Origin: Armatimonadota bacterium
GTDB lineage: Bacteria > Armatimonadota > Fimbriimonadia > Fimbriimonadales > Fimbriimonadaceae
Length of the DNA stretch: 64,000 bases
Direction: 5' to 3'
Assembly: GCA_016223145.1 (NCBI GenBank)
Contig: JACRPN010000006.1
Coordinates: 120,211 to 184,210, forward strand
Of the stretch, positions 55,624-64,000 are shown piece by piece. The position numbers were made by a program, and so were the translations under genes. The notes beneath the pieces were generated by a model. It saw only the letters and a program-made list of their open reading frames with translations. It was not told the DNA's origin and ran no database searches. Numbering within the stretch: position 1 is the stretch's first letter; every line of letters starts with the position of its first letter.

Positions 55624-57792
55624 GTGGCGTTTTCGGTCCCCGGTCAAGACGGACTGTCGTGGGATGACGCTTTCATTGCCGTGGTCGGCAACCCCAATGC
55701 GGGGAAAACAACCCTCTTCAATGCGCTGACCGGCTCGCATCAAAGGGTCGCCAACTATGCCGGCGTGACGGTCGAACGCGTCTCCGGGAAGCTTCACATC
55801 GGAGGCCGAAACGTCGAGATCATCGATGTACCGGGGCTCTACTCTCTGGAACCCGTCTCCGAGGATGAGCGTGTGGCCGTGGACGTTATCGAGGGCCGCG
55901 CAGAGGGTGGACGCACCCCTTCGCTGCTGGTCTGTGTGATTGACGCCGGCAACCTGGAGCGTAACCTCTACTTCTTCAGCCAGCTCTGCGATCTACGAAT
56001 TCCCGCCGTCGTTGCGCTGACCATGACGGACCTGGTCCGAAGGAACGGCTCAGACATCGACCTGCCGCGCCTGGCGAAGCTGCTCGGAGTGCAGGTAGTG
56101 CCCGTGGTGGCGCACCGCAAGCTCGGCCTCAAAGAGCTTCGGCAAGCGATTATGGACGGGCTTGAGGGGCAGAGGCCTCCGGAGCGGGACCTCGGCCCAA
56201 CCAACGCCTTTGAGATGAAGGTGGCGGCCCTTTCCGAACGCCTCGCTCGGTCGGGCTTCGACGTACCTCGTGAGGAGGTGCGCGCCGCGCTGGAGGGCAA
56301 AGAGAGCGAGTTCGCGCAGAGCCTGAGCGAGGCTCCCGAACTCCTCGAAGCGTTCGAATCGGCCCGTGCGAGCCTGGAGGCGCTCGGTAAGGGCGATGCC
56401 GGCGCCGAGGTCGCGGACCGCTACCACTGGGCCGCTATGGTCCAGCGCGCCTGCGTCCACCAGACTGGAGCCCCAAAGGAGCAAGGTCTGACCGACAAAC
56501 TCGACCTCGTGCTGACCCATAAGTTTCTTGGTTTGGCCCTTTTCGTCGGCGTTATGTATGTGGTGTTCCAGTCCATCTACACCTTCGCCCAGCCGCTGAT
56601 GGAGGGGATCGGGTGGTGTTTCGATCGCCTGGGCGGGATGCTTTCGGCGCGGTTGGAGGGGGTCCCATGGCTTAAGTCGCTGGTGGTGGATGGGATTCTG
56701 ATGGGCGTGGGCACGCTGCTGACCTTTCTGCCCCAAATCTGCATTCTCTTTTTGTTCATATCGATCCTGGAGGGAACGGGCTACCTCTCTCGAGCGGCGT
56801 TCATGATGGACCGGCTGCTCGGCTGGTGCGGGCTCAACGGACGGGCGTTCATCCCCTTGCTTTCGAGCTTTGCATGCGCGGTGCCCGGCATCATGGCGGC
56901 GCGAATTATGCCCGATAAACGGAGCCGTCTGGCGACCATCCTGGTGGCGCCGCTCATGAGCTGCAGCGCGCGGCTTCCGGTGTATCTGGTGCTCATCGGG
57001 GCGTTCATTCAGCCCGCTTATGGGTCCGCCGTCGCGGGAATCGCTCTGTTCGCGATGCACCTACTAGGTCTCTTTGTGGCGGTGCCAGTAGTCTGGGTGC
57101 TCAACCGAGGCCTCATCAAAGGCACGAAGCTGCCGTTCCTATTGGAGCTTCCGCCGTACCAGTGGCCCAAGTGGAGGGATGTCTGGATCGCCGTCTACTT
57201 CCGGGGCAAGGTGTTCGTGCAGACCGCGGGCACGATCATCGTCGTGATGTCGGTGATCATCTGGGCGCTGCTGTACTTCCCGCGCTCCGAAGAGGCGACC
57301 GCGCGATACAGGTCCGAGTTCGCGACCAGGAGGAACCAGACGGAAGTCTCCATGGACGCCTATGTCGAGGGCAGAATGCGCGAGAACTCCTACCTGGGGA
57401 GGTTTGGCAAGGCCATCGAACCCGCGTTTCTTCCTGCCGGATTCGATTGGCGGCTAACCACAGCCATCCTCTCCTCGTTCCCCGCACGCGAAACCATGGT
57501 CTCCGGAATGGGGATTCTCTTTGACGTCGGCGATGCGGCCGAGAACGAGGCGGGGCTGACCGAAGCCCTGAAGCGCGCCTCCTGGCCCGACGGAAGGCCG
57601 TTGGTGACGCCCTGGACGGCGGTTGGGCTCATGGTGTTCTTCGCGCTGTGCTGCCAGTGCATGTCGACGCTTGCGGCCATCCGCCGTGAGACCAACTCCT
57701 GGAAGTGGCCGGTGTTTGTCTTCACCTACATGACCGCCCTCGCGTACCTGGGCGCCGTGCTGGTGCACCAGTTGGAACTACGGTTCGGGTAG
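55624..57792 (+). CDS. feoB: ferrous iron transporter B (G-protein domain + membrane permease)
   Basis: G1 motif GNPNAGKTTLFNALTG, G4 MTDL; two Gate-motif membrane domains; GTG start at 55624. Confidence 0.9.
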   Translation: MAFSVPGQDGLSWDDAFIAVVGNPNAGKTTLFNALTGSHQRVANYAGVTVERVSGKLHIGGRNVEIIDVPGLYSLEPVSEDERVAVDVIEGRAEGGRTPSLLVCVIDAGNLERNLYFFSQLCDLRIPAVVALTMTDLVRRNGSDIDLPRLAKLLGVQVVPVVAHRKLGLKELRQAIMDGLEGQRPPERDLGPTNAFEMKVAALSERLARSGFDVPREEVRAALEGKESEFAQSLSEAPELLEAFESARASLEALGKGDAGAEVADRYHWAAMVQRACVHQTGAPKEQGLTDKLDLVLTHKFLGLALFVGVMYVVFQSIYTFAQPLMEGIGWCFDRLGGMLSARLEGVPWLKSLVVDGILMGVGTLLTFLPQICILFLFISILEGTGYLSRAAFMMDRLLGWCGLNGRAFIPLLSSFACAVPGIMAARIMPDKRSRLATILVAPLMSCSARLPVYLVLIGAFIQPAYGSAVAGIALFAMHLLGLFVAVPVVWVLNRGLIKGTKLPFLLELPPYQWPKWRDVWIAVYFRGKVFVQTAGTIIVVMSVIIWALLYFPRSEEATARYRSEFATRRNQTEVSMDAYVEGRMRENSYLGRFGKAIEPAFLPAGFDWRLTTAILSSFPARETMVSGMGILFDVGDAAENEAGLTEALKRASWPDGRPLVTPWTAVGLMVFFALCCQCMSTLAAIRRETNSWKWPVFVFTYMTALAYLGAVLVHQLELRFG

Positions 57793-58857
57793 ACGAAGGG
57801 CGGGAGTCGCCGCCACACCCAGAACCGGCAAGGCGCTCTTCTTGCTCGGATACGCCTTGGCAATGCGTCTACAAAGGCCCTTCCATGCCTCAAGCGCGCC
57901 CTTGACTTTGACCTTTCCGAGCACGCGGGTTCTGCCGCCCTGGATCGAGCAGGGCGTAACCTCGATGCTCCGCAAAGAAGCGCCCTCGAACGCCAGGGTA
58001 AAGACACCCGTCACGGCGGGCCGGGGAGACACGAGGTTTCCCAGCGAGTAGAGGATCGGCTTTCCCTTGTAGATCTCGGCACCCTGAAGCACGTGCGGGT
58101 GGTGGCCCACGACCAGGTCGGCGCCGGCATCGACGAAGGCCCGGCCCAGCGCCACCTGAAACGAATTGGGAAGGCTCTGGCGTTCAACCCCCCAGTGCAG
58201 CGCCACAATGAGCATCGAGCCGTCCGCCTTCTCTTGCTCCACGATCTCTTGGATCTTTGCGCGCGCCCTGTCGTTCACTGCGCCGATTCCCAGCCAGGCC
58301 ACGCCTGGTTTGTCAAGGGTCGCGGGCGTGCAGTGGGCCGCTCCCTTGGCCGATTGAAACGCCAGAAGCGATAGAAACTTGATGCTTGGCGTGTTTCTTC
58401 GTTCCAAATGAGCCGATCTCCGAGCCTCCGCCAGGTTTGCTCCCGCGCCGGACCACACGATCCCTTTGGACTTCAGGAGGCCGGACATCTCCTTCAGCCC
58501 GGCGACCCCAAAGTCCATGGCATGGTTGTTGCCAAGACTGACGGCGTCGATCCCGCACCCGAAAAGGGACCCGATGTGCGCGGGGTCGGCCTTCAGGATG
58601 AACTGGGTCTTGGCCCGGAGCTCCGCGGGCGATTTGCGCCGCGTTGCCGTCTTCGCGGCGGTAATCGGAATCTCCAGGTTCACGATCGAGAGGTCCGCCT
58701 TTCGAAGGATCGGCGCCACTTCGGCCAAAGGTCGCGACTTCGGCGCGACCCCGTTCAGCATGACGTCGCCCCCAAGCGCCAAGGTCCATGTGCGTTCCTG
58801 CCCACCCTCGCCGCTGCTCAAAACGGCAAAGGCCAGCAAGGCGGCGGGCACGATCAT
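57778..58857 (-). CDS. CapA/PGA_cap family metallophosphoesterase-like protein (poly-gamma-glutamate capsule synthesis family)
   Basis: LGGDVMLNG, VNLEIPIT, GNNHAMDFG, VALHWGVE, VVGHHPHVLQG; signal peptide. Confidence 0.7.
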   Translation of the reverse strand: MIVPAALLAFAVLSSGEGGQERTWTLALGGDVMLNGVAPKSRPLAEVAPILRKADLSIVNLEIPITAAKTATRRKSPAELRAKTQFILKADPAHIGSLFGCGIDAVSLGNNHAMDFGVAGLKEMSGLLKSKGIVWSGAGANLAEARRSAHLERRNTPSIKFLSLLAFQSAKGAAHCTPATLDKPGVAWLGIGAVNDRARAKIQEIVEQEKADGSMLIVALHWGVERQSLPNSFQVALGRAFVDAGADLVVGHHPHVLQGAEIYKGKPILYSLGNLVSPRPAVTGVFTLAFEGASLRSIEVTPCSIQGGRTRVLGKVKVKGALEAWKGLCRRIAKAYPSKKSALPVLGVAATPALRLPEP

Positions 58858-59013
58858 CCCAAACCCGCCGGCAGGTAACTGGACCGTTCGCTCGCCATTT
58901 CACCGTAACGCATCGAAGCTTAGTTACGTATGGGACATAGGAAACGAATCGGCAATCTGTCAAAATGCTGCCAATCAGCCAGCCCAGCGCCGGCACCATC
59001 GGAGACTCTACTC

Positions 59014-59877
59014 ATGAATCGCAAACCCCTTCTCGCAGCCCTGCCCGTCTTGTTCCTTTTCACGGTTGCTGCCATGCAGCAGGACGGCATTTTGCTCCGC
59101 CGCCAACTCAAAGAGGGCGAGCAGACCAACTACCGCATCGAAATCTCAGGCGACATGAAGGCTGACATCCCGACCATGGGCGAGCAGGACATGGGGATGA
59201 AGGGCGGCATGGACTATTCCATGAAGCTCGGTAAGGTGGACGGCAACAAGGCCGACGCCGAGATCCTCGTCTCCAACGTGAAGATGGAGGTCACAGGGCC
59301 GATGGCGGACATGGCGCCGCCCCAAGAGGCTCCCAAGGACCAGAAGTCGACGGGCAAGATCGATAACCTTGGCAGGGTCATCCTGAACAAGACCGCGGGC
59401 ATGTCGCCGGAGCTTATGATGATGGCGGGCCCAGGCATGAACACGATGGGCCAGACGATCGAGTTTCCCGAAAAGGCCGTGAAGATCGGCGACACCTGGA
59501 CGGTGACCGTGCCCAAGAGCCCGATGAGCGCCAAGGTGGACTCGCAGCTCACTGCAAAGCTGATCGGCGAGAGTGAGCTGGAAGGCGTCCCGGTTTATGA
59601 GATCACCCTGGAAGGCAAAACGCCCCTGGACATCGACTTCGCAGAGGTCCTAAAGGCCATGCCCGACAGCCCGATGGCTGGAATGCTGGGCGGCATGAGC
59701 ATCTCTCTGAAGGGTAGCGTCGGCATCAAGTCCAAAGGCTTCTTCGAGAGGTCCACAGGCAAGGCGATCAAGCTTGAGACGACGCTTGACAACGACCAGA
59801 CCATCAACATCGAGCAGATGGGCATGTCGGTGAAGACCGTCGGCAAGATCGTTATCAAGATGTCGCTTAAGAAGTAG
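59014..59877 (+). CDS. secreted methionine-rich protein (hypothetical)
   Basis: Signal peptide MNRKPLLAALPVLFLFTVAAMQ; about 30 Met in 287 aa, clustered as MxxM/MGxM motifs (MGEQDMGMKGGMDYSM, MMMAGPGMNTM, MPDSPMAGMLGGM). Confidence 0.5.
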   Translation: MNRKPLLAALPVLFLFTVAAMQQDGILLRRQLKEGEQTNYRIEISGDMKADIPTMGEQDMGMKGGMDYSMKLGKVDGNKADAEILVSNVKMEVTGPMADMAPPQEAPKDQKSTGKIDNLGRVILNKTAGMSPELMMMAGPGMNTMGQTIEFPEKAVKIGDTWTVTVPKSPMSAKVDSQLTAKLIGESELEGVPVYEITLEGKTPLDIDFAEVLKAMPDSPMAGMLGGMSISLKGSVGIKSKGFFERSTGKAIKLETTLDNDQTINIEQMGMSVKTVGKIVIKMSLKK

Positions 59878-61969
59878 GGGTTGCCTGAACGTCTTCCCAA
59901 CTTTCGAGCTTCTTTCCGGCAAGATGAGCGCGGTGGGCTGCAGTCAGGAACCTCTCAAAGTCCCTGACCGACCCCTCGTCATGGAAGAGCTTCCCGCTGT
60001 TGGCGGCCACCTGGGCCGACCAGTCTTCGCGGAACGGCCGATCCGTCGCTGACCTTGCCGCAAGCGCTACAAACTCCTCGTCGGTATCAGCCGCCAACGG
60101 TTCCAGGCCCATCATCCTATAGAGTCCCGAGGTCATGCGTCCCCGCATCAGGCTTCCGTTCCAGGTCACTACCGGCACGCCAAGCGCGAAGCAAAGGTAA
60201 GTCGTAAACCCGCCCGTGAAGTGCTTCGTGTCGATCACGGTATCGGCCGCCTGCAGGGCGCCCTGGAACGCGCTGCGATCCAATCGCGGCGAGAAGCGAA
60301 CCCTTTCGGCAAGTGTGCCGAGGCTCCGACGGAATCGATTCCGAAGGAGGTCCCCCCACTCGGGGTGCAAGCCCTCGAAGAACAGCAAGTGGGCCTTGGG
60401 GTCAGCCTCCAAGATGCCCTTGAGCGCGATGTCGAACTCAGGATGGACCTTGGGAAGCGACTGTGCGCAGAGGTATAGGTGGGATTCCTCCGGAACCCCC
60501 AAGTCGCGCTTGGAGACCGAACTGGGTGACAGCGTCGGCGGGTCGATGTAGGTGTACAGCCTCGGAAGCTGGATAAGGGTCTCGGAGTAGTGCTCTTCGG
60601 CTCCTTCGGGCTCGAAGGCCGAGGTGGACAGGAAGTAGTCGACATTGGGCACTCCGCTCGTGTCTGGGAATCCCCAAAGCAGAACCTGCACCGGCGCAAG
60701 GCGGCTGTAGCTGAGGAAGCTGGTGAGCGGCTCTGCCCCGAAATCCGTGAAAAGCAGCAGGTCGAGCTCTGCCTCGGCGATCGCCTCTCTGGAATGGGCC
60801 AAATGCCCTTCGAGCAGCACGACACGGTCTGCAACCCCTTCCAGGGCCTCCTGGACGGGGTCTGAAGGCCGCCCCACGCGAAAGAGAATCACGTCGAACC
60901 GGCTGCGGTCGAGCTTTCGAAACAACCCAGACATCACGTGGGCGATCGTGTGGTCCCACATGAAGGCGCTGCAGACCCCCACACGGATCTTCTGTTCGGA
61001 GCGAGGTTTGCGTTGCTGAAGGCTCTCCGCCTCCCAGGCCAGCTCGGGGCAAACGGCCAGATAGGCCCTGGAAATGGCCTCTTGAAGCTGCCTGCTGGGT
61101 ACCCCCTGATAGGTGGGCAGGGAGTGCATCGCGCCGACCTCGGCAAAAGGGTCTCTGAGCTTGGCCCCGGAGCGCCTAAGCGCCTCATAGTCCGAGAACA
61201 TCCGGGACCGCACGTGCTCGATCTGCTCCTGCGATTCGAGGATGACCGGCGCCACCCGCGCGTTCAGAAACCTGAGTCCCGGGTGTTGCGAACCCCCAAG
61301 CCGCGCCGCGGTTTCACACTGTTTCTTCGCCTGCTCATAGAGCCCCTTTTCAGCCCAGATTCCGGCGAGATTGGCGTAGGTGATGGGCAGATCGGGGCGC
61401 AAGGACTGGACTCGCTGGTAGATGCGCACGGCCTCGTCGAACCGTTTTAGGCCCACAAGCGCCTGCGCCTTCTTGAAAAGAATCTCGGGGTCGTTTGGCC
61501 TGATCCTGTCGAGCTTCTCGAATAGGAGCAACGCCTGGTCCATTTCTCCAATACCGGCATAGGCGCCGGCAACACGGCTCAGCGCGCCGAAGTCCGAGCC
61601 CGCCATTTCGGCCCCCTGCTCAAGGAGCTCGAGACACTCGGCCGTCTTTCCCAACGCGGCTTTGGTGCGGGCAAGCCCGATAACGGCGGGGAAGTGGAGG
61701 GAGTTGAGTTCCAGCATCTCCCCGAACACCTGCTCGGCCACTTCGAACTGCCTGAGCGCCGTGTGGCAGATTCCGATGAGCTCTCGGGCGTCCATGTCGT
61801 AGGGTTCGCTCTCCAGCCTGGCCATGCTTTGGCGAATGGCCTCTTCGTGCCGCCCAGCCTGAAAAGCCTGGATCGCCGCGGCAAGAGGGTGGCCGCTGGG
61901 AGGAGGGGGAGGCCCGGCGCTTTGCCTGGCGACCTGCTGCTTGATCCACTTCTTCTGGAGGTTGCCCAT
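59867..61969 (-). CDS. TPR-repeat O-GlcNAc-transferase-like glycosyltransferase (GT41 family)
   Basis: N-terminal TPR repeats; C-terminal half collinear with the OGT catalytic region (IRVGVCSAFMWDHTIAHVM / LRVGYVSSDFGNHPTSHLM; PVQVLLWGFPDTSG / PIQAMWLGYPGTSG); ATG at 61969. Confidence 0.7.
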   Translation of the reverse strand: MGNLQKKWIKQQVARQSAGPPPPPSGHPLAAAIQAFQAGRHEEAIRQSMARLESEPYDMDARELIGICHTALRQFEVAEQVFGEMLELNSLHFPAVIGLARTKAALGKTAECLELLEQGAEMAGSDFGALSRVAGAYAGIGEMDQALLLFEKLDRIRPNDPEILFKKAQALVGLKRFDEAVRIYQRVQSLRPDLPITYANLAGIWAEKGLYEQAKKQCETAARLGGSQHPGLRFLNARVAPVILESQEQIEHVRSRMFSDYEALRRSGAKLRDPFAEVGAMHSLPTYQGVPSRQLQEAISRAYLAVCPELAWEAESLQQRKPRSEQKIRVGVCSAFMWDHTIAHVMSGLFRKLDRSRFDVILFRVGRPSDPVQEALEGVADRVVLLEGHLAHSREAIAEAELDLLLFTDFGAEPLTSFLSYSRLAPVQVLLWGFPDTSGVPNVDYFLSTSAFEPEGAEEHYSETLIQLPRLYTYIDPPTLSPSSVSKRDLGVPEESHLYLCAQSLPKVHPEFDIALKGILEADPKAHLLFFEGLHPEWGDLLRNRFRRSLGTLAERVRFSPRLDRSAFQGALQAADTVIDTKHFTGGFTTYLCFALGVPVVTWNGSLMRGRMTSGLYRMMGLEPLAADTDEEFVALAARSATDRPFREDWSAQVAANSGKLFHDEGSVRDFERFLTAAHRAHLAGKKLESWEDVQATPTS

Positions 61970-62247
61970 CGAGAATTCAGTATAGAGCAGGTCGTCTCGG
62001 AGGGTGAAGGCGGTGAGGGAGTTGGTGCCGAGGGGTGGAAGGGTGATGAGGAAGGTGAGGCCGCTACAGAGTGCGGCGGCCTCGCGCAGCCTTGACCGAG
62101 ATGCCGGCAGATCACACAGAGTCTTTGTAGCCGCCGGTCCGGTGCCGGCGCTCTGCCGGACGATCACACAGAGTTCGCAAACCTACTCCGAGGCTGCAGT
62201 CAAGGCGAGCCAGGCAGGGCGATCATAAGTCCTCCAATCAACACAAA

Positions 62248-62276
62248 GCGGACCTCAGCCACTGGCTGAGGTCCGC
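62248..62276 (-). terminator. rho-independent terminator downstream of rpsT
   Basis: Perfect 13-bp stem GCGGACCTCAGCC-AC-TGGCTGAGGTCCGC about 25 nt after the rpsT stop on the - strand, followed by a T-rich stretch on that strand. Confidence 0.6.
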
Positions 62277-62302
62277 CCAAAATGATCTCAAAGCAGGAGC
62301 GA

Positions 62303-62572
62303 CTACTTCGCGGCGGCTTTGTTGGCTGCCTTGGCGGCGCGGGACTTGCGGCGGGCGGCCTGGTTCTTGTGAATGATGCCGTGCTCGGCGGCTTTGTCCA
62401 GCGCGCTGGAGGCCTTTGAGAGGGCCGTGCCGGTCTTCGTGGTGTCGCCCGCAGCGGCAGCCTGTCGCACGCGCTTGACGAACGTCTTCAGGGCGGTTTT
62501 GACGCTTTGGTTGCGCTCGCGGCGCTTCTCGGTCCTTCGCAGGTCCTTCTTCGATGATCGCTTGTTTGCCAT
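62303..62572 (-). CDS. rpsT: 30S ribosomal protein S20
   Basis: MANKRSSKKDLRRTEKRRERNQSVKTALKTFVKR...; 89 aa basic helical protein. Confidence 0.85.
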   Translation of the reverse strand: MANKRSSKKDLRRTEKRRERNQSVKTALKTFVKRVRQAAAAGDTTKTGTALSKASSALDKAAEHGIIHKNQAARRKSRAAKAANKAAAK

Positions 62573-62612
62573 GGTAGGTTAGAGGGAGGGATTGTACCCC
62601 GCAGAAGCGGCG

Positions 62613-63944
62613 TTACTTTTTGATGAACTTCTTCTTGGTCTTGTCGAAGCCGAGTTCGATCTTCTTGTTGTCAAAGTGCCAGACCGGTGATCCGGATCGC
62701 TGGTAGAAGCACTGATAGCAGGAAAGAAGCGAGGCGACGAGCCTGCGCGTGCTGCGGCGCACCACGTTGGTTTCCGCCAGCAGGGTCAGGAAGTCCGCGC
62801 CCTTCGGCCAGTGATGCATCACCTCGACAAGGATGTCGAGAGTGCTCATGTTTTCGCTTCGCGACTGAATCTCCCTCAGGAGCTCCATGCGCTGCGAGCT
62901 GATGTAGAGCAGAGGGTCGGTCTGGTCTTCCCAGGCGAACTCAAAAACGTTCGGTTTCTCGGTTTTCGCGAGCGTAAAGACCGCGCCGCTCTCCACGGGT
63001 TGCTCGAACCACCAGTCGATGAGGTTATAGAGCAGCCGGGCCTCGGTGTTCGCCCAAACCTGGAGCTCCTTGCCGTTCGGATCCATGAAGATGAGCTCTT
63101 GCACCGAAGGCTGCTCGTCCAGAAAGCCCGTCGGAATCTGGCAGAGCGGAAAGGTGCCAAGCTCGCGGTGGATCGACTTCAGCACGAGCCGGATCTTCTC
63201 GGGAATCTGCTTGGGCCGAGGCATCGCGTCCTCGTCCAAAACGTCGGTCGCCAGAGGGTGAGAAAGGAGCTTCCGCAGCGAGCTGGAGAGGCCGTCGTCG
63301 TTGACCTCGACGTCGATTGGGTCGCCCTCCGGATCCAGGAATGGCGAAGGCGCGTATTGGAACAATTCCGGAACGGAGTAAACGAACTCGGGCGCCGACT
63401 CCGGCTTGCGGAATCGGTCCGCGCCAACCCACCACACGGCCTTTTCGGCTTGCAGCGCGCCGACCAGGTTGGCAAGGTCGTCGGGATAGGTCTTGTTGCC
63501 GACCGTAATCTCGTAAAACTCCTCGAGCAGCGAAGTTGCCGTAACGGTGGTTTCGCCGGCGATGATCCGCTTGATCGCCTTGTCAAGATCGGCCTGTTTG
63601 ATGTCGATCGGAGCGGCATCCTCGACGTCCAGCGTCGGAGCGAGTTTGTCAGCCAGCCGCACGGCGGTGCTGATCCATTTCTTGGTTTCCGCTTCGGGAT
63701 ACACGACGCCATCGGCCCCATACACGTAGCCGGGCACGCTGATCAGCTTGGCAAAGAACTCTCGGCCGTCAAAGACGAGAGTACCGGCAGGATTCTCGGG
63801 CTTGAGGGCTTGCCACGCGACGGCTGCGAGGGTTTTCGCTGAAATGGGGGCGGCGGCGGCGAGCGCCTTCGAAATCGCGTCGGAAGCGCGCCAGTCGATT
63901 CCTGCGAGCTTGGAAGCCGCGGCCTCCACATCCTCGCTGTTCAC
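62613..63944 (-). CDS. hypothetical protein (may continue beyond ORF-track start toward window end)
   Basis: 443-aa ORF with coding-like composition; no motif recognised; lies beside rpsT, the position where holA often sits, but similarity is not demonstrable by eye. Confidence 0.35.
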   Translation of the reverse strand: MNSEDVEAAASKLAGIDWRASDAISKALAAAAPISAKTLAAVAWQALKPENPAGTLVFDGREFFAKLISVPGYVYGADGVVYPEAETKKWISTAVRLADKLAPTLDVEDAAPIDIKQADLDKAIKRIIAGETTVTATSLLEEFYEITVGNKTYPDDLANLVGALQAEKAVWWVGADRFRKPESAPEFVYSVPELFQYAPSPFLDPEGDPIDVEVNDDGLSSSLRKLLSHPLATDVLDEDAMPRPKQIPEKIRLVLKSIHRELGTFPLCQIPTGFLDEQPSVQELIFMDPNGKELQVWANTEARLLYNLIDWWFEQPVESGAVFTLAKTEKPNVFEFAWEDQTDPLLYISSQRMELLREIQSRSENMSTLDILVEVMHHWPKGADFLTLLAETNVVRRSTRRLVASLLSCYQCFYQRSGSPVWHFDNKKIELGFDKTKKKFIKK

Positions 63945-64000
63945 ACCATAGAGCTCAAAGGCTCGGTCGGAGCTCTCGTCGTAGCCAAGGAATGCCCAGG

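Noticed and set aside
62613-63944. Hypothetical protein next to rpsT as DNA polymerase III delta (holA)
   Set aside because: Positional analogy only; no AAA+-like delta-subunit motifs recognisable, so left as hypothetical.

Overview
High-GC (about 60-65%) chromosomal window from a Gram-negative-type bacterium (outer-membrane beta-barrel, three PEP-CTERM/exosortase-type proteins); phylum not determinable from sequence alone. Most of the window is housekeeping: aqpZ, aldo/keto reductase, dapA, cmk-aroA-tyrA (translationally coupled), E2 acyltransferase, xthA, greA, tRNA-Glu, apbC/mrp, rpmE, rpsT, feoAB. There are also many secreted peptidases (two S9, C1B PepC, M16, an HExxH metallopeptidase). 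Three regions stand out. (1) About 37.9-46.6 kb is a lower-GC locus of two convergent operons that together look like a complete extracellular-electron-transfer conduit. On the + strand: a periplasmic deca-heme cytochrome (MtrA/DmsE-like, 9 CxxCH + 1 CX4CH), a 544-aa outer-membrane beta-barrel ending in Phe (MtrB/PioB/OmbB-like), and a Gly-linker lipoprotein multiheme cytochrome (7 CxxCH + 1 CX4CH). On the - strand: an Rrf2 Fe-S regulator, a monoheme cyt c, a tetraheme lipoprotein cyt c, a Tat-exported NrfC-like 4x[4Fe-4S] protein and an NrfD-like quinol-interacting membrane subunit. tRNA-Glu sits at the edge of the locus. (2) About 2.7-6.8 kb is an unusual respiratory operon: a CydA-like (cytochrome bd subunit I-like) membrane protein, a Rieske Fe-S protein, a fused cytochrome b, and a second CydA-like paralog fused to a C-terminal monoheme cytochrome c domain, with overlapping stop/start codons. 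(3) A family of intergenic composite repeats: a conserved ~60-75 bp core containing CCCCCTCACCCGGTT, flanked by 8-9 bp tandem arrays. Copies are found at about 21.9, 32.6, 34.1 and 49.2 kb, and two copies bracket the E2 gene. Also noted: a stomatin/SPFH gene interrupted by a frameshift in a G4 run, a CAG trinucleotide tract (poly-Q) plus Gly-rich insert inside an S9 peptidase, a Met-rich secreted protein, and candidate operator/direct-repeat sites flanking the cytochrome locus. Line-label indexing of the printed sequence disagreed with the ORF track by 1 nt in at least one place, so hand-derived coordinates (tRNA, repeats, terminators, adjusted starts) are +/-2 nt; ORF-track ends are trusted.
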